Positions 1 to 12,408 of a stretch of 64,000 nt of DNA are shown here, one piece after another. Location of the stretch: positions 21,576,001-21,640,000 of the forward strand of contig NC_043010.1 of NCBI RefSeq assembly GCF_006345805.1, read 5' to 3'. The DNA comes from Octopus sinensis. Lineage: Eukaryota. Positions within the stretch are counted from its first letter, which is position 1. Every line of letters begins with the position of its first letter. The translations under genes were made by a program, and so were the position numbers. The notes beneath the pieces were generated by a model. That model saw nothing but the letters and a program-made list of their open reading frames with translations, made no database searches and was not told where the DNA came from.

Positions 1-233
1 AATTCAACTTTTATCATTCTTTGTTTGATAATATCGAAAAGACGACGCCATAATGTGAGATATTCCTTATCAGCACCGATGGTATTAGAAAATAAAAAGA
101 GATTTTTTGTGTGCTAGACTCAATGTCAGATAAGTTTACAATTTTTTAACACGTTATTAGAAAACATCGGAAATATCAAATATTTAACAGCTAAAACAAC
201 CCCATAAAGATTTACAAAGTAAGTCCTAACATT

Positions 234-638
234 AATATTCTTTTCTACTCTTGGCACAATGCCCGAAATTTTGGGGGAGGGGGTCCAGTCGATTAAATAA
301 ATCCCAGTACACAACTGGTACTTAATTTATCGACCCGCAAAAAATGACAGACAAAGTCGACCTCGGCGGAATTTGAACTCAGAAGGTAAAGATAGACGAA
401 ATATCCATTTCTTTACTATCCACAAGTGGCTAAACACAGAGAGGACAAACAAGGACAGACAAACGGATTAAGTCTATTATATCGACCCCAGTGCATAATT
501 GGTACTTAATTTATTGACCCCTAAAGGATGAAAGGCAAAGTCAACCTCGGCGAAATTTGAATTCAGAACGTAACGGCAGACGAAATACCGCTAAACATTT
601 CGCCCGGCGTGCTAACCTTTTTGCCGGCTTGCCACCTT
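234..638 (-). mobile_element. tRNA-derived SINE family 1, dimeric form (head + core + B-unit + core + terminal tail)
   Basis: Reverse strand carries the head (ggcggcgagctggcagaa..gttagcacgccgggcgaaatg), B-box-like gagttcaaattcc, two copies of the core ggtcgactttgcctttcatcctttcggggtcgata, and both tail types seen in the other copies. Confidence 0.9.
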
Positions 639-842
639 CCTAACATCAATATGACAAGGATAACTATTTTAATTAATCAAGGCTAAACTCGCTTCCAAGA
701 AGGGAGGTAAGTATGATGAACATCGCTGATCAAACATCTGGCTCAAACTAAAGTAAGACTGCAAAGAATAATAAAAGTTGACCTTTAAATTATACCTGTT
801 GTTAATTGTCTGGGATTTTGGTGTTAAAACTTATATCAAAGA

Positions 843-844
<2 letters not shown>

Positions 845-921
<77 letters not shown>
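845..921. repeat. (AAT)n microsatellite
   Basis: Pure AAT run, directly visible. Confidence 0.98.
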
Positions 922-924
<3 letters not shown>

Positions 925-1264
925 CAACAAAAGAATGAAACCTCGATATTGCATATGAGCGTGTGGGTATGTAGACGTTATGAACGCAGGAGGTTTATGT
1001 CTATGTATTCTGAGAATATGGTTGCGTGTATTTTTTTATCTCTCTTCTTTTTCCTTTTTCGATCTATTAGAGTAACTTCCCTTTAATTCAATGGTTTTAC
1101 ATGGCGTCTGTTCCCATTAATATCCGACGAGAATGTATCGTAGCTCTTCCCTCCGACATTCGAAACTCCGTGTACTATAATGACCATCCTTCTACCGTTT
1201 GTTTTAAATTATAACATATATATATATATTTCTTTTTGTATTTTGTGGTAATAATAAAACATAA

Positions 1265-1555
1265 TTAACCAATTGCTAACGAAGCACTGAAACAACGAAA
1301 AGGGAGTAAACTTTTGCAATGTGTTAGGTAAAACAGCTGAAATTACCACGTGATCAGCCAATCAGTTTAAACAGCCAACCAATTAATGAAATATCTCACA
1401 ATGCAAATGACATTGGCAATAATCAGCCGAAGTGTCAATTAACAAACATACTTGCATTTAACGGATACTTATGTAAATGTTTAAATATCAGAGCTGGTCA
1501 GCTTCCGTACACACACACACACGACATACTCAACTATATTGACCAATCATAAAAG
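1265..1555. promoter_or_regulatory. Candidate cis-regulatory cluster (5 CCAAT boxes, two E-boxes, octamer)
   Basis: CCAAT at 1269, 1358 (AGCCAATCAG), 1379, 1412 (ATTGG) and 1543 (GACCAATCAT); CAGCTG 1334; CACGTG 1347; ATGCAAAT 1401. Motif content only, no linked gene. Confidence 0.3.
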
Positions 1556-2157
1556 ATGTCTAAATAACCGGATATATTGCGTAATATTTAGAGCTGAAAT
1601 CCTAGATGTTTACCACCCAAAATAAACACATTAACCTGTAAATTCATATTAGATTATGTCGAGGTAAGTACTTGATTCGATATTATTTAATCGATTCGAA
1701 ATATCCGGTTTTCAAAGACACACACGAAGATACAGAATGCCTATATATAAATAGACCCATAGATACCTAATGACTAAGACATGTAATTAGACTGCGGCCA
1801 TGCTGAGGCTCCGCCTAGATGGTAATAGTCTATGCTCACGCTGAAAAGATGTTAAGTTTACTCTTAAACTCCCTTAGGGTAGAGAAGGATTATTTCGAAG
1901 CATTATTATGCATGTCTGCTTGTCACTGATGCGGGTTTTTCTTTTCGTTAAAATTTAGGTGTGCGCAATAGTACACATAAGTGCGTGATATTTTATAAAA
2001 AAATATGCAGGATGAATTTAGCTTAAATAAACAATGCTCTCTACAATTTATATTCAGAACTCAACTACTTCTTCGTTGACAACTTTAACAGAAATATATA
2101 CATACGTGTGTGTGTGTTTGTATGTGTGTGTGTTTGTGCGTGTGTGTATACACACAT

Positions 2158-2770
2158 AGAGGGGAAACGATATCGGTGTAAACCTAATAAGAGGTTTAAA
2201 TGATGGCATAAGGGCTAGCATGAAGGCACTTAGAATGGATCCAGAGGACATAGAGACCCTTACTTCGGATGGAGCTGGATGGCAAAAATGTGTGGAGTGG
2301 AGTGAAAGCGTTTGAAGATGCCAGGATAACACATGCAAGACTCAAGAGAGATTTAAACTCAAGACTCAAGAGAGATTTAAACGTTTCGATCGAGAAGGTG
2401 AATCACCATGACCTTTTTTTGTGCATAGTTTGTGACAGGCCACTCCTTCCTTTTGCTAGGCTCAAATCTCATTTGCAGACCCATGGAAAACGATTTTCCA
2501 CCAGCTATTCTGCCTATATGTCTGTGCGCATATTTCAATACCGTGTGTTCCATATGGTCTGCAAATATAACGGAGGCCTCAAAACATATTTTAACATCCA
2601 CAAAGATCAGAGCTTAATTTCAGCTCTTGGTGGTCCAAATCGGACATGCTAAATATATGGCTGTCTTTTCAATACATTGTCTGGTTTAAAAATCCATAAC
2701 AGACGCCATGATGAATCTAAGATGTGGGTACAAGAGGTGGTCAGACTCTCCATAAGGAATAGACAGCCAG
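2158..2770 (+). mobile_element. RTE-clade LINE 3' end, decayed, with three C2H2 zinc-finger remnants
   Basis: Frameshifted translation EGKRYRCKPNKRFK/DGIRASMKALRMDPEDIETLTSDGAGWQK/VWSGVKAFEDARITHARLKR resembles the RTE post-RT C-terminus. It is followed by CIVCDRPLLPFARLKSHLQTH and two further finger remnants. Homologous copy at 47853-48255. Confidence 0.75.
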
Positions 2771-2879
2771 CGTTCCGTATAACAAAACGGTATTTTTTCT
2801 GCTTTTGATGAGATTCTGTTTATTTATGCAGTTAATAAATATACTCATTAATTGGTTTATCTCCATATTCCTATTTTTT

Positions 2880-2963
<84 letters not shown>

Positions 2964-3293
2964 ATATATATATATTAATAGGGAATTGAAGAAATGGAGT
3001 TGAACGAAGATTAAACAGAAATCCTTTTATTGTATTCTACACGTGTTTCGAAAGCCACACGTAGAAACACGTGTAGAATGCAATAAAAGGATTTCTGTTC
3101 AATCTTCGTTCAACTCCATTTCTTCAATTCACTAATAATATTAAAATTCAATTATCCGCACCAACGCACGGTTGCAACACCATATGGTTGTACCTCCAAC
3201 CGTGCTTTCTTCTGGTGTGATTTTTGCTACCAAGGTATCGGTTAAACTTTTGATTAATCTGCAACAGGATTACTCATCTTTCTATTTCACCAA

Positions 3294-3341
<48 letters not shown>

Positions 3342-3957
3342 CATCTGTGTATATATATATATATATATATACATATATTTATATATGTGTGTAAGCACAC
3401 AATCACACATACACACATATGTTTACAATTTAATGTACAAGACTAAAGGCTTCGGATTTTTATACACAAAGAAAATACCTTGAATCTGTATCCATCGCAA
3501 ACAATACTTTTCCACATTCCGTTGTTTTTTTTCCATCAACTTTTTTTCATATCTCAAAAACATTTACTACTAACACTCACACATACTGACGTCTCTTATA
3601 TATGTGATCATGTATCTGTGTATAGGTGCGTCCCTATGCGGGTTTATAGATACTGGAACGTAAGTACTCACTGCCGCCTTTTTGTACCAAAATCGCTGTG
3701 TTGGGACAATATTCACAGTAGCTGTCTCAACTAAATCAATAATTTTGGTATTGATTTCTAATAGAGGCACACGGAAAGACATTACGCGTAATGTCAATTG
3801 TACTGATTCATTTAATTAATTGATGTCTATTTTAAATATATATTCTCTAATCTCAAGAAGGCAAATAAACGCGGACAGTCGTGGCAGGATTTGAACTCAG
3901 AACCTAGATAACCGCGCTTAAATACCAAATCCACTTAGTCATCTATGGTTTCCTACT

Positions 3958-4305
3958 GTTATTTCTACTCTAGGCACAAGGCCTGCAACATTTTGGTGGA
4001 AGGTGGGCTAGTCGATTACATCGACCCCAGTGCGTAACTGGTACTTATTCAATCGACCCCGAAAGATGAAAGGCAAAGTCGACCTCGGTGGAAGTTGAAC
4101 TCAGAACGCAACGTCAGACGAAATAGATTTCCTAATTCTTATTGCTTTATTGCCCACAGGGGGTTAAACATAGAGGGGACAAACAAGGACAGACAAAGAG
4201 ATTAAGTCGATTACATCGACCACAGTACGTAACTGGTACTTATTCAGTAGCCCCCGAAAGGATTAAAGGCAAAGTCGACCTCGGCGAACTCAAAACGCAA
4301 AGACG
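3958..4305 (-). mobile_element. SINE family 1, dimeric, 5'-truncated
   Basis: Two cores separated by the B-unit (ggacaaacaaggacagacaaa on + strand); terminal tail at 3958-4020. Confidence 0.85.
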
Positions 4306-5089
4306 TACAAAATATGATTCCCTAATATTACAAAAAAGGAAAGCCTGATTTAATGAAAGAACTTCTCTCATAAATATCAACAGCAGCAGCTCAAGACTGC
4401 CGTTATGTATGTAGCGAAGGACTCGCGTGAATATACTCACGTAGTAGATGCCCTTTTATGACATAAAGCAGTCGGAATGGTTAGAATGTCACAGCGCTCA
4501 TGTCAGAACGAAATGAATTTCAGCAAATATTTACCAATTACGTATTCGCTTGAAAGATGACGAAAATGTATTACTAAATAAATATTAAATCCATTACGAA
4601 AGATTTTCCTGATTATGATTGATGTTAACTTTCTTCTACGTTTCTACTTGGCCACACGTTCCTCGGCTTATTTCAGTGTCTTATTTAACAGTCAGTAAAG
4701 GTTAGTAAATGAAGCGTTTCTCACAACGAAACGGGAAACCAGTGGAAGAATACAAATGAGAAGAAAAACAGATTAACAGACAGGAAGCTGTTGCTTCAAT
4801 ATCTCAAAGTAATAATAATTATGAAAAGTGGTGGACATCTCTTTCTCCCTTTCACCCTTTCCCTCTTTTCCTTATCTCTTCCTTTCCCCTTCTTTCTTTC
4901 TTTTTGCCTTCTGCTTCACTCATACATACAAGGGGATCAAAATATGACCGACTTCCTTTCATCATTTTCATATATCGAAGTTGATCGATTATCATTATTA
5001 TTGAATAGTCCTGCAGCTTCCCTGATCGTTTATAGATTTGAGGAAATGTTTTCAAGAGACAGTCGTACTTTCTAGACGCACGCTCCACC

Positions 5090-6735
5090 TTAAACCTAGA
5101 AAACGGTTGACGCAAATATGCGATAAACACATTTTCTTGCCTACCCGCGGTTAATGTAAATATACGATGTACGGCTGCCCTACATCTATCGCGGACTTTT
5201 TATCGGCTGACATATGTTTAAGTTCGCTATCGTGTACTTTATCTCTTGAGGTGCGCGCGCTCGCCGTCCCGTGCATTATCTTAGCTATTTAAGGTTACGT
5301 TCAAGTCATGAGACTAGCAGTAGACCAATGACATGCGGACACTTTACATGCATATGCATTGGTACAGGAGGTATAAAACTAACGGTCTCCAGCGTAAAGG
5401 CATCATAATTCAAAATGTCTTCAAATCAATTATAACAAGTTCTGCGTTCGCACGTCGGTCCTCCATCAGCGAATTTACGCTCGTCATCGCGCCCGACAAC
5501 ACCTGCGGCAACCAACTCGTCGTCGCGTCAAACGTCGGCACGACCGACTCCTACGTCAACTCGCTCAACGCCAACTCGTTCGTCGTCGCGTCAAACATCC
5601 GCTCGACCGACACCTACACGTGAAACTGAGCCGCGGCCTTGTACTTCCAGTGTCGCTGCAGCTGCTGCGGAGGCCGGTGATACTCCTTCAGCAAATTTGC
5701 GGTCGCGTCCGAGGACATGAGCTGCTTCGCGCCCGACCACACCTATATCCTCAGCTCGATCGTCAGCTGCTGCTGCTGAATCGAGAGGTAATGCTGATTC
5801 AGGCTCAGGCTTTTCTCGTGATTTTGACTCATCTTATGGTGATTCTGGCTCTTAGCTTTTGCTGAACTCTGATTCGGATGTCTCTGATCCGGGTTCTTTG
5901 CAATTGCTGCGAAACAACAGAAGGGCAAGTATCGATGGTCCTGGCCAACAGAATGTGGTGTGGCGGAGAATAGACAATTTTCCGCGACGATATGGATTCT
6001 CAGACAACTCCGTTTAAAAGCGAACCGGAACAATCACAGATCGCCCTTGGAAATATTCCACGTGTTTCTCACGGAGGAAATTTTCGAGTATATGGCAGAC
6101 GAAACAACCCACTACGCTGCTACTCATCCTCAACGTGAATCTCAGCATAGCACCGACTGGTTTCCGACGACAGGCAATGAAATCAAAGTGTTTCTTGCGC
6201 TGCTTATTCTCATGGTCATCGTAAGAAAACCCACCCTAGATTCGTATTGGAATAGGAACCCTCAAACAGCGACACCGTTTTCACCGACACTATGCCGCGC
6301 GATCGGACTTTCGCGCTACTGAAAAACCTACACTTCAACTCGGGCGTCAACACCGATGACAGGCTGCATAAACGTCGGCCAATTGTTGACGCAGTCGTGG
6401 ACAATTTCAAAACTGTTTATATACCTACGCAAGATATTTCCACAGATGAAAGTCTCTGGAAATTCAAGGGGCGGTTGCGATTCAGATAGTACAACCCTAC
6501 AAAACGTGCGCGCTTTAGAGTGAAAGTATATAAAGTTTATCAGTCATCCGGTGTCGCAGGTGGCTATACCTGGAAATGTAAAATATATACTGGCGAGGAC
6601 AGGGTTGTGGACGTTCTAAGCATTAACTAATGTCATCATGTCATTGAATGACGAACCGTTAGACAAAGGGTATAACATTTATATGGGTAACTGGTTTTCC
6701 AGTCCCGACTTGTTTCAGCAGCTGCAGGCCAGGAG
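5090..6735 (+). mobile_element. piggyBac (PGBD-type DDE_Tnp_1_7) transposon remnant, 3'-truncated
   Basis: PLEIFHVFLTEEIFEYMADETTHYA, EIKVFLALLILM, MPRDR..LKNLHF, ISTDESLWKFKGRLRFR*YNPTKRARF.VKVY and YMGNWFSSPDLF are piggyBac transposase motifs, with stops and frameshifts. TTAA (5090-5093) followed by ACCTAGAAA resembles a piggyBac left end. Likely ATG at 5415, TATAAA at 5372. No right end found. Confidence 0.9.
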
Positions 6736-8139
6736 ATATGCTATTTCTAGCATATCAAGCATGCAAACGAGGAGGCTCCTTCAACGGATCATTTTCTCGT
6801 TGTTTGAATGAACCTATATAGGAACTATCTTGGTCGCAGCTCATTGGTTGGTGAACACACCCGGTTGATTTGTCCACGGAGTTGCTGGTTCGGCTACGTC
6901 TTCGTATTTAATCAGAGTTTAAGTTCAAAGCCCCAACGTCTTCTTTTGAGTCCAGATCGATACAACGAAAAGTAATCATATGTTGAGGCTGATACATTCA
7001 AATATATCAGACTGTAAAATGTGTAATAATAAATCAATTAATAGAATTACCTCAAATAAAGAACATTTATAGCTTCATACAATGTTAGAAAGAAAACTCG
7101 TGATTGTTACTGATAAGGTTTCAATTAATCAGATTGCTTTTGGTGGAATACTCAACCAACCGAGTCACTAAATTGTAGGTGTTTTCTTTTTCTTTCAAAA
7201 GCACTTCATGGTTTCTTAACGGGTGTGTTTCTACCAAAGCTAACGCGTAAATAACTTGTTGCCATTGATTCTATACGAACTAATGAAATTGCAGTTTAAC
7301 ACCGAACATTATTATAGTCATTTGGTCAGTGCAACAGTGTCTAACGTTGTTACCGATGAAGAATAGGTTTGGCAGAAGTAAGATACATGCTTATTCGGGC
7401 ACTGAGCGCGTGATGGTATATCTTGTCATTTCAAATGTAATATCCACATCATTAAGAAGGGAAAAAGGGATGGAGTAAATGTGTGTTTTCTTTCTAAATA
7501 ATTTCTTTTCCCCCGAAAGCAAGGTAATCTACACAGAATAAACTAGCTTTGTAGAAATAAAAACATAAAACATTTTCTTCTCAATCAGATTAGCCGAAAG
7601 GTATGTATACATCGAGATGGATTTTCTTTGATCTTCAATAAGGATAGGTAGTTGCATGCATACATACGGCTTGGTATTAACACACAAGTTACTCAGAAAG
7701 ATAGATGACTATAATAGTTTTATCGATCTCACGGTAATTAATAGCAGATAGTGCGAGGCTGATCGAATGCTTTATCAATTCATTCACTAGGGTTGCAGTG
7801 TGTGCACAAAAGTATCGATTGAAATTCATATAAAAATTGCACGCGTACGCAAACCTTAAGCACGTACATACAAATACACATCCACAGAATACATAATCAT
7901 GCACAAACATATGCATAAATTCACAGGCACGTGTGCGGGTGCACACGTGTATTTATATGCAAGAGTTGGAAAGATTAAGGGAGGGAGGGAGGGAGAGAGA
8001 AGGATAGAGAGGCATGTTTAGCATATTTTACAGCACACACTTTTGACACGCGTTTGCTGAAAATACACGTGAGCATAGAAATGCACACCGTATATACATA
8101 TGTTTGTGCGTGGGTTATGGTTGTATGTATGTATATATT

Positions 8140-8370
8140 AATAAAATAATAAATGCGCCCTTTTAAAGCCTAGTCAGGTTCATGGGCCCGGTTTCCCGGT
8201 TTCTATGACGTATGTGTTCTCCAACAGGACGGGATGCCAGTCCATCGCAGTGTTACTCATTTTTGCCAGCTGAGTGGACCGGAGCAACGTGAAATGAAGT
8301 GTTTTGGTCAAGAACACAACGCAACGGTCCAGGAATCGAAACCACAATCTTACGATCATGATGTTGACAC
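8140..8370 (-). mobile_element. SINE family 3 (tRNA-like head, CORE/V-like gtgttcttgagcaaaacactt segment)
   Basis: Minus strand reads gtggtttcgattcctggacc (B-box-like), then gtgttcttgaccaaaacacttcatttcac, with an AT-rich tail. A related segment lies at about 52600-52745. Confidence 0.6.
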
Positions 8371-9741
8371 TAAATATAAATTACTTCCCATTCTTGAGCA
8401 GCCAATATACAATTGTCCATGCGATAAGCAGTGCTCTACCAAGGGAAGACTAGTCACAGAGAGGGTTTGACCCTGAGATTTGTTAATAGACATGGCAAAG
8501 CTGACACGAAGGAGGAATTGCAGTCTTCTGAACGTAAATGGGATTTCTGCTCCTGATGGAGTAAGAGGAATTCTTGGAATGAAGACGTCATCATTTTTTC
8601 CACATCCTGAAAGAATGATAGCCTCTATAACCTTTGACATCGTTTTCTTTATCAGCAGTTGTGTCCCATTGCAAAGTCTTGATAGCTCCATATTGCGGAG
8701 TAGCATTACAGGAGTTCCAACTTTAAGTGCTAATGTGTGGGGCCGAAGTCCAGGAGGCTTCAATAAATTGAGAAGTTCATGATAGTTCGCCACTTCATTT
8801 TTATCAGGATAGAGCAGTTGAGCTTGCCGCTTAGTCTTTAGCCAGGTTGTCTCTGTATTTGAGCCATAGAGTGACAGGATCACACAGTTCGCATGTCTGT
8901 AGTAATACTGCAAATAGTGCCCTGAGACTTGTAGGCGAATCTGAAAAAGCAGCCTCTCTCAAAGTTGCATCTCATTGTGCACCATTTTCTAACAGGCCTT
9001 GTCGATAGCAGGCTTCTAGTATGTTGTGCAGACATGTCCATGAACGGTTTTAAGGGCCTGGAAACACGTTGGCCTTCTGACCTCATGCAGTAGTAGACGG
9101 AGATAGAAGCACTCTTGTTGAGTGGGATGCACTGAGTATACTTGCCCAAGACAAGTGTCAAACCTAATTCCAGGGTACCCATGAATATTTTGATCGGCTT
9201 TCCTTGGGGCCTATTTTGTTCCATTCCGAGTGTAGTACGATGGAATCTGTGGATACAGGAAGGTTTCAGCGAATTAATCAACTTGATAAAGCATTAGCAT
9301 CGGTGAAGTACACCCTTTGATCGTTTTCCAGGCGCACTGCAAGCTGTTGAATAGCGGGGTGTCGTTGGTGAAGTGGAAAGCCAAAGATGCGCCAGAAAGC
9401 CTTGTTGCTATTTATGTACCGTCCGACCTGATAGTGCATCACTTCATCCTGGCAGTATTCTTGTTGAAGTCCAAAAATTGCAGCGTCAGAACCCTTGTTC
9501 ACATAATTACAAACGTACTTTATGGACTTAACGGAGTTGTAAAACTCAACGTTGATGTGGGCATGGAAAGTCTTTGACAAGATTGGGCAGTAGGGAACAA
9601 TCCGTCTATTATCAACCTCGTACTGTCCGATAGTTGCTGTGAAACTGCCGTCTTCTGGTTTTCTCCGTATGTATGATGGATACCCATCAGCATCTGTCTG
9701 ATTGTCTTGTAGGAACCTCCTTGGAAACCTTTTCGAACATA
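8366..9741 (-). mobile_element. Helitron RepHel pseudogene fragment (Rep C-terminus, linker, PIF1 helicase C-terminus) with internal deletion
   Basis: CSKRFPRRF...DGYPSYIRR, VDNRRIVPYCPILSKTFHAHINVE, SIKYVCNYVNKGSD, GRYINSNKAFWRIFGFPLHQRHP, LGQVYSVHPTQQECFYLRLLLHEV, LKVGTPVMLLRN, LCNGT, FAMSINKSQGQTL and HGQLYIGCSR are hallmark Helitron motifs. Helicase motifs I-IV are missing. Confidence 0.95.
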
Positions 9742-10950
9742 CACAGAGTAGAGCAGATCAGAGAGCAGAGAGAGCAGAGCACAGAGCAGAGCAGAGCACA
9801 AAGCAGAGCACAGAGCAGAGCAGAGGGAAGAGCAGAGCAGACAGCAGAGCAAACCAGAGCACAGAGCAGAGCAAAGGGCAGTGCAGAGCAGGGTACAGAG
9901 CAGAGCATAAAACAGAGCAAAGGGCCGAGTAGAGAGGAGAGCAGAGCAGAGCAGAGAGGAGAGCAGAGCAGAGCACAGAGAAGAGCAAAAACAGAGCAAA
10001 GCACCGATCAGAGAGGAGAGCATAGAGAGGAGAGAAGAGCAGAGAAGAGCACATAGCAGAGAAGAGAGCAGAGCAGAGAAGAGAGCTGAGCAGAGCACAG
10101 AACAGAGAGCAGAGCAGAGAGCAGAGCAGAGCATGGAGCAGAACATAGGGCAGGGAAGAGAGCATAGCACAAGCAGAGAGCAGAACACAGAGCAGAGAAG
10201 AGAGCAGAGCAGAGCACAGAGCAGAGCAGAGCACAGACCAGAGTACAGAGCAGAGCACAGTGCCGAGCATAAGCAGAGTACAGAGCACAGAGAAGAGAAG
10301 AGAAGAGAGCAGAGCAGAGAGCAGAGAGGAGAGCAGGGCAGAACCCAGAGCAGAGCAAGGCACGGGCAGAGCACGGCGCAAAGCACAGACCAGAGCAGAG
10401 AACAGAGCAGGGCAGAGAGCAGAGCAGAGAACAGAGCAGAGTGCAGGGCAGGGCAGAGCGCACAGCAGAGCAAAGCACAGAGGAGAGAACATACCAAATC
10501 TCAGAGCGCACAGCAGAGAAGAGCAGAGTGCAGCGCAGAGTAGAGAGAAGAGCACAGATTAGAGCAGCAGAACACAGAGCAGAACAGAGCACAGAGCAGC
10601 GTAGAGGGAAGAGCATAGCACAGAGTGGAGCGCAGAGCAGATCACAGAGAAAAACAGAGCATAGAGCGGAGAATAGAGCAGAGCAGGGAGCAGAGCAGAA
10701 AGCAGAGAGCAGAGAGCAGAGAACTGACCAGAGAGCAGAGCAGAGCACAGGGAAGAGCAGAGGGCAGAGCAGGGTAGAGTATAGGGCTGAGGACAGAGCA
10801 GAGCAGAGAGCAGAGCAGAGAGCAGAGCAGAGCAGAGCAGAGTAGAGCATAGAGCAGAGAGAAGAGCAGAAAGTAGAGCAGAGCATAGAGCAGAGCACAG
10901 ACCAGAGTACAGAGCTGAGCGCAGTGCAGAGCAGAACAGATTAGAACAGA
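9742..10950. repeat. Degenerate (CAGAG)n pentanucleotide satellite, about 1.2 kb
   Basis: Continuous cagag/cagagca variants, purine-rich on the + strand; source of the spurious L/C/S/A and R/A/E/Q ORFs. Confidence 0.97.
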
Positions 10951-11127
10951 GGACATCACATTGCATCGTATCGCATCTCACCGCTTCGCTTGTCTTTACT
11001 TCATTTCACTTGACTTTCAAATCGGAAGGTTGCAGTCACGGCAATGACGATCCTATCCACTCTCTTAGATCTTTGGTTCATTTTCAAGTTTTTGGTTCAT
11101 TCATCTCGATGTACTTCCCCTCGTGGG

Positions 11128-11436
<309 letters not shown>

Positions 11437-11449
11437 ACACACATATATA

Positions 11450-11492
<43 letters not shown>

Positions 11493-11652
11493 TATATATA
11501 TATATATATGTTACATATCTACCTTAAGCGCTCACACACGGACATATATATTGACTGATTGATGGATACATACATACATACATTATTGCCGTGTATTTTA
11601 GATTCTACATATATTCCCTGAATATTTTATCAAAAGAATCGCAACGTCTATT

Positions 11653-12069
11653 ATTCTTTTATTCTTTTACTTGTTTCAGTCATTTTACTGCGACTATGCT
11701 GGAGCACCACCTTTAGTCAAACAACTTGTTCGTAGGATTTATTCTTTGTAAGCCTAGTACTTATTCTATCGCTCTCTTTCCCCGAACGGCTAAGTTACGC
11801 GGACGTAAACACATCAGGATCTGTTGTCAAACGATGGTGGGGTACGAACACAGACACACGAACATATACACACACTCACATACGCACGCACACACACACA
11901 TACATATATAAATACAACGGCCTTCTTTCAGTTTCCATCCACTCATAAGGCTTTGGTCGGCCAGAGGGTATATTAGAAGGCACTTGCACAACGTGCCAAG
12001 CAGTGGGACTGAACCCAGAACCATGTGGTTGGTAAGCAAGTTAATTTATACACAGCCACTTTTGCGCCT
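11653..12069 (-). mobile_element. tRNA-derived SINE family 2 with internal microsatellite
   Basis: Minus strand has A-box-like gtggctgtgtataaa, B-box ggttcagtccc, a CORE-like segment, an internal (TG/TA)n tract, and 3' end ggtgctccagcatagtcgcagtaaaatgactgaaacaagtaaaaga. Homologous to 56000-56425 and 63392-63815. Confidence 0.85.
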
Positions 12070-12408
12070 ATTGTGAAATATTTTTACAATTTTCTTTCCG
12101 TATCATATTTGACGATAATCAGTCAATAACAGGATTTATCTGATAATACTATTGAATCTTTGGAACACGGTTAATTATTCAGTCTTCGTTTCGTATATAA
12201 TTACGCTACATCAAGAGATCAGTGTAAATTGAGATAGCGTTCATAATTTTCTCACTTGCATTTATCCTCAAGTAACCCGCTGCAATAGCCATTATTTCCC
12301 ACCTACTGATTACTGGGGGGGGGGCATATATTTGTGAAGGATATGCAAGAAATACATAAGACGAAACGACTTACCTCCTTCCCTACAACTGGCAGCCTTA
12401 TGCCAAAA

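Noticed and set aside
9520-10981. Long ORFs of 100-325 aa rich in L/C/S/A or R/A/E/Q
   Set aside because: They are translations of the (CAGAG)n satellite, open in several frames on both strands; only the 9520-9741 part is Helitron sequence, in another frame.
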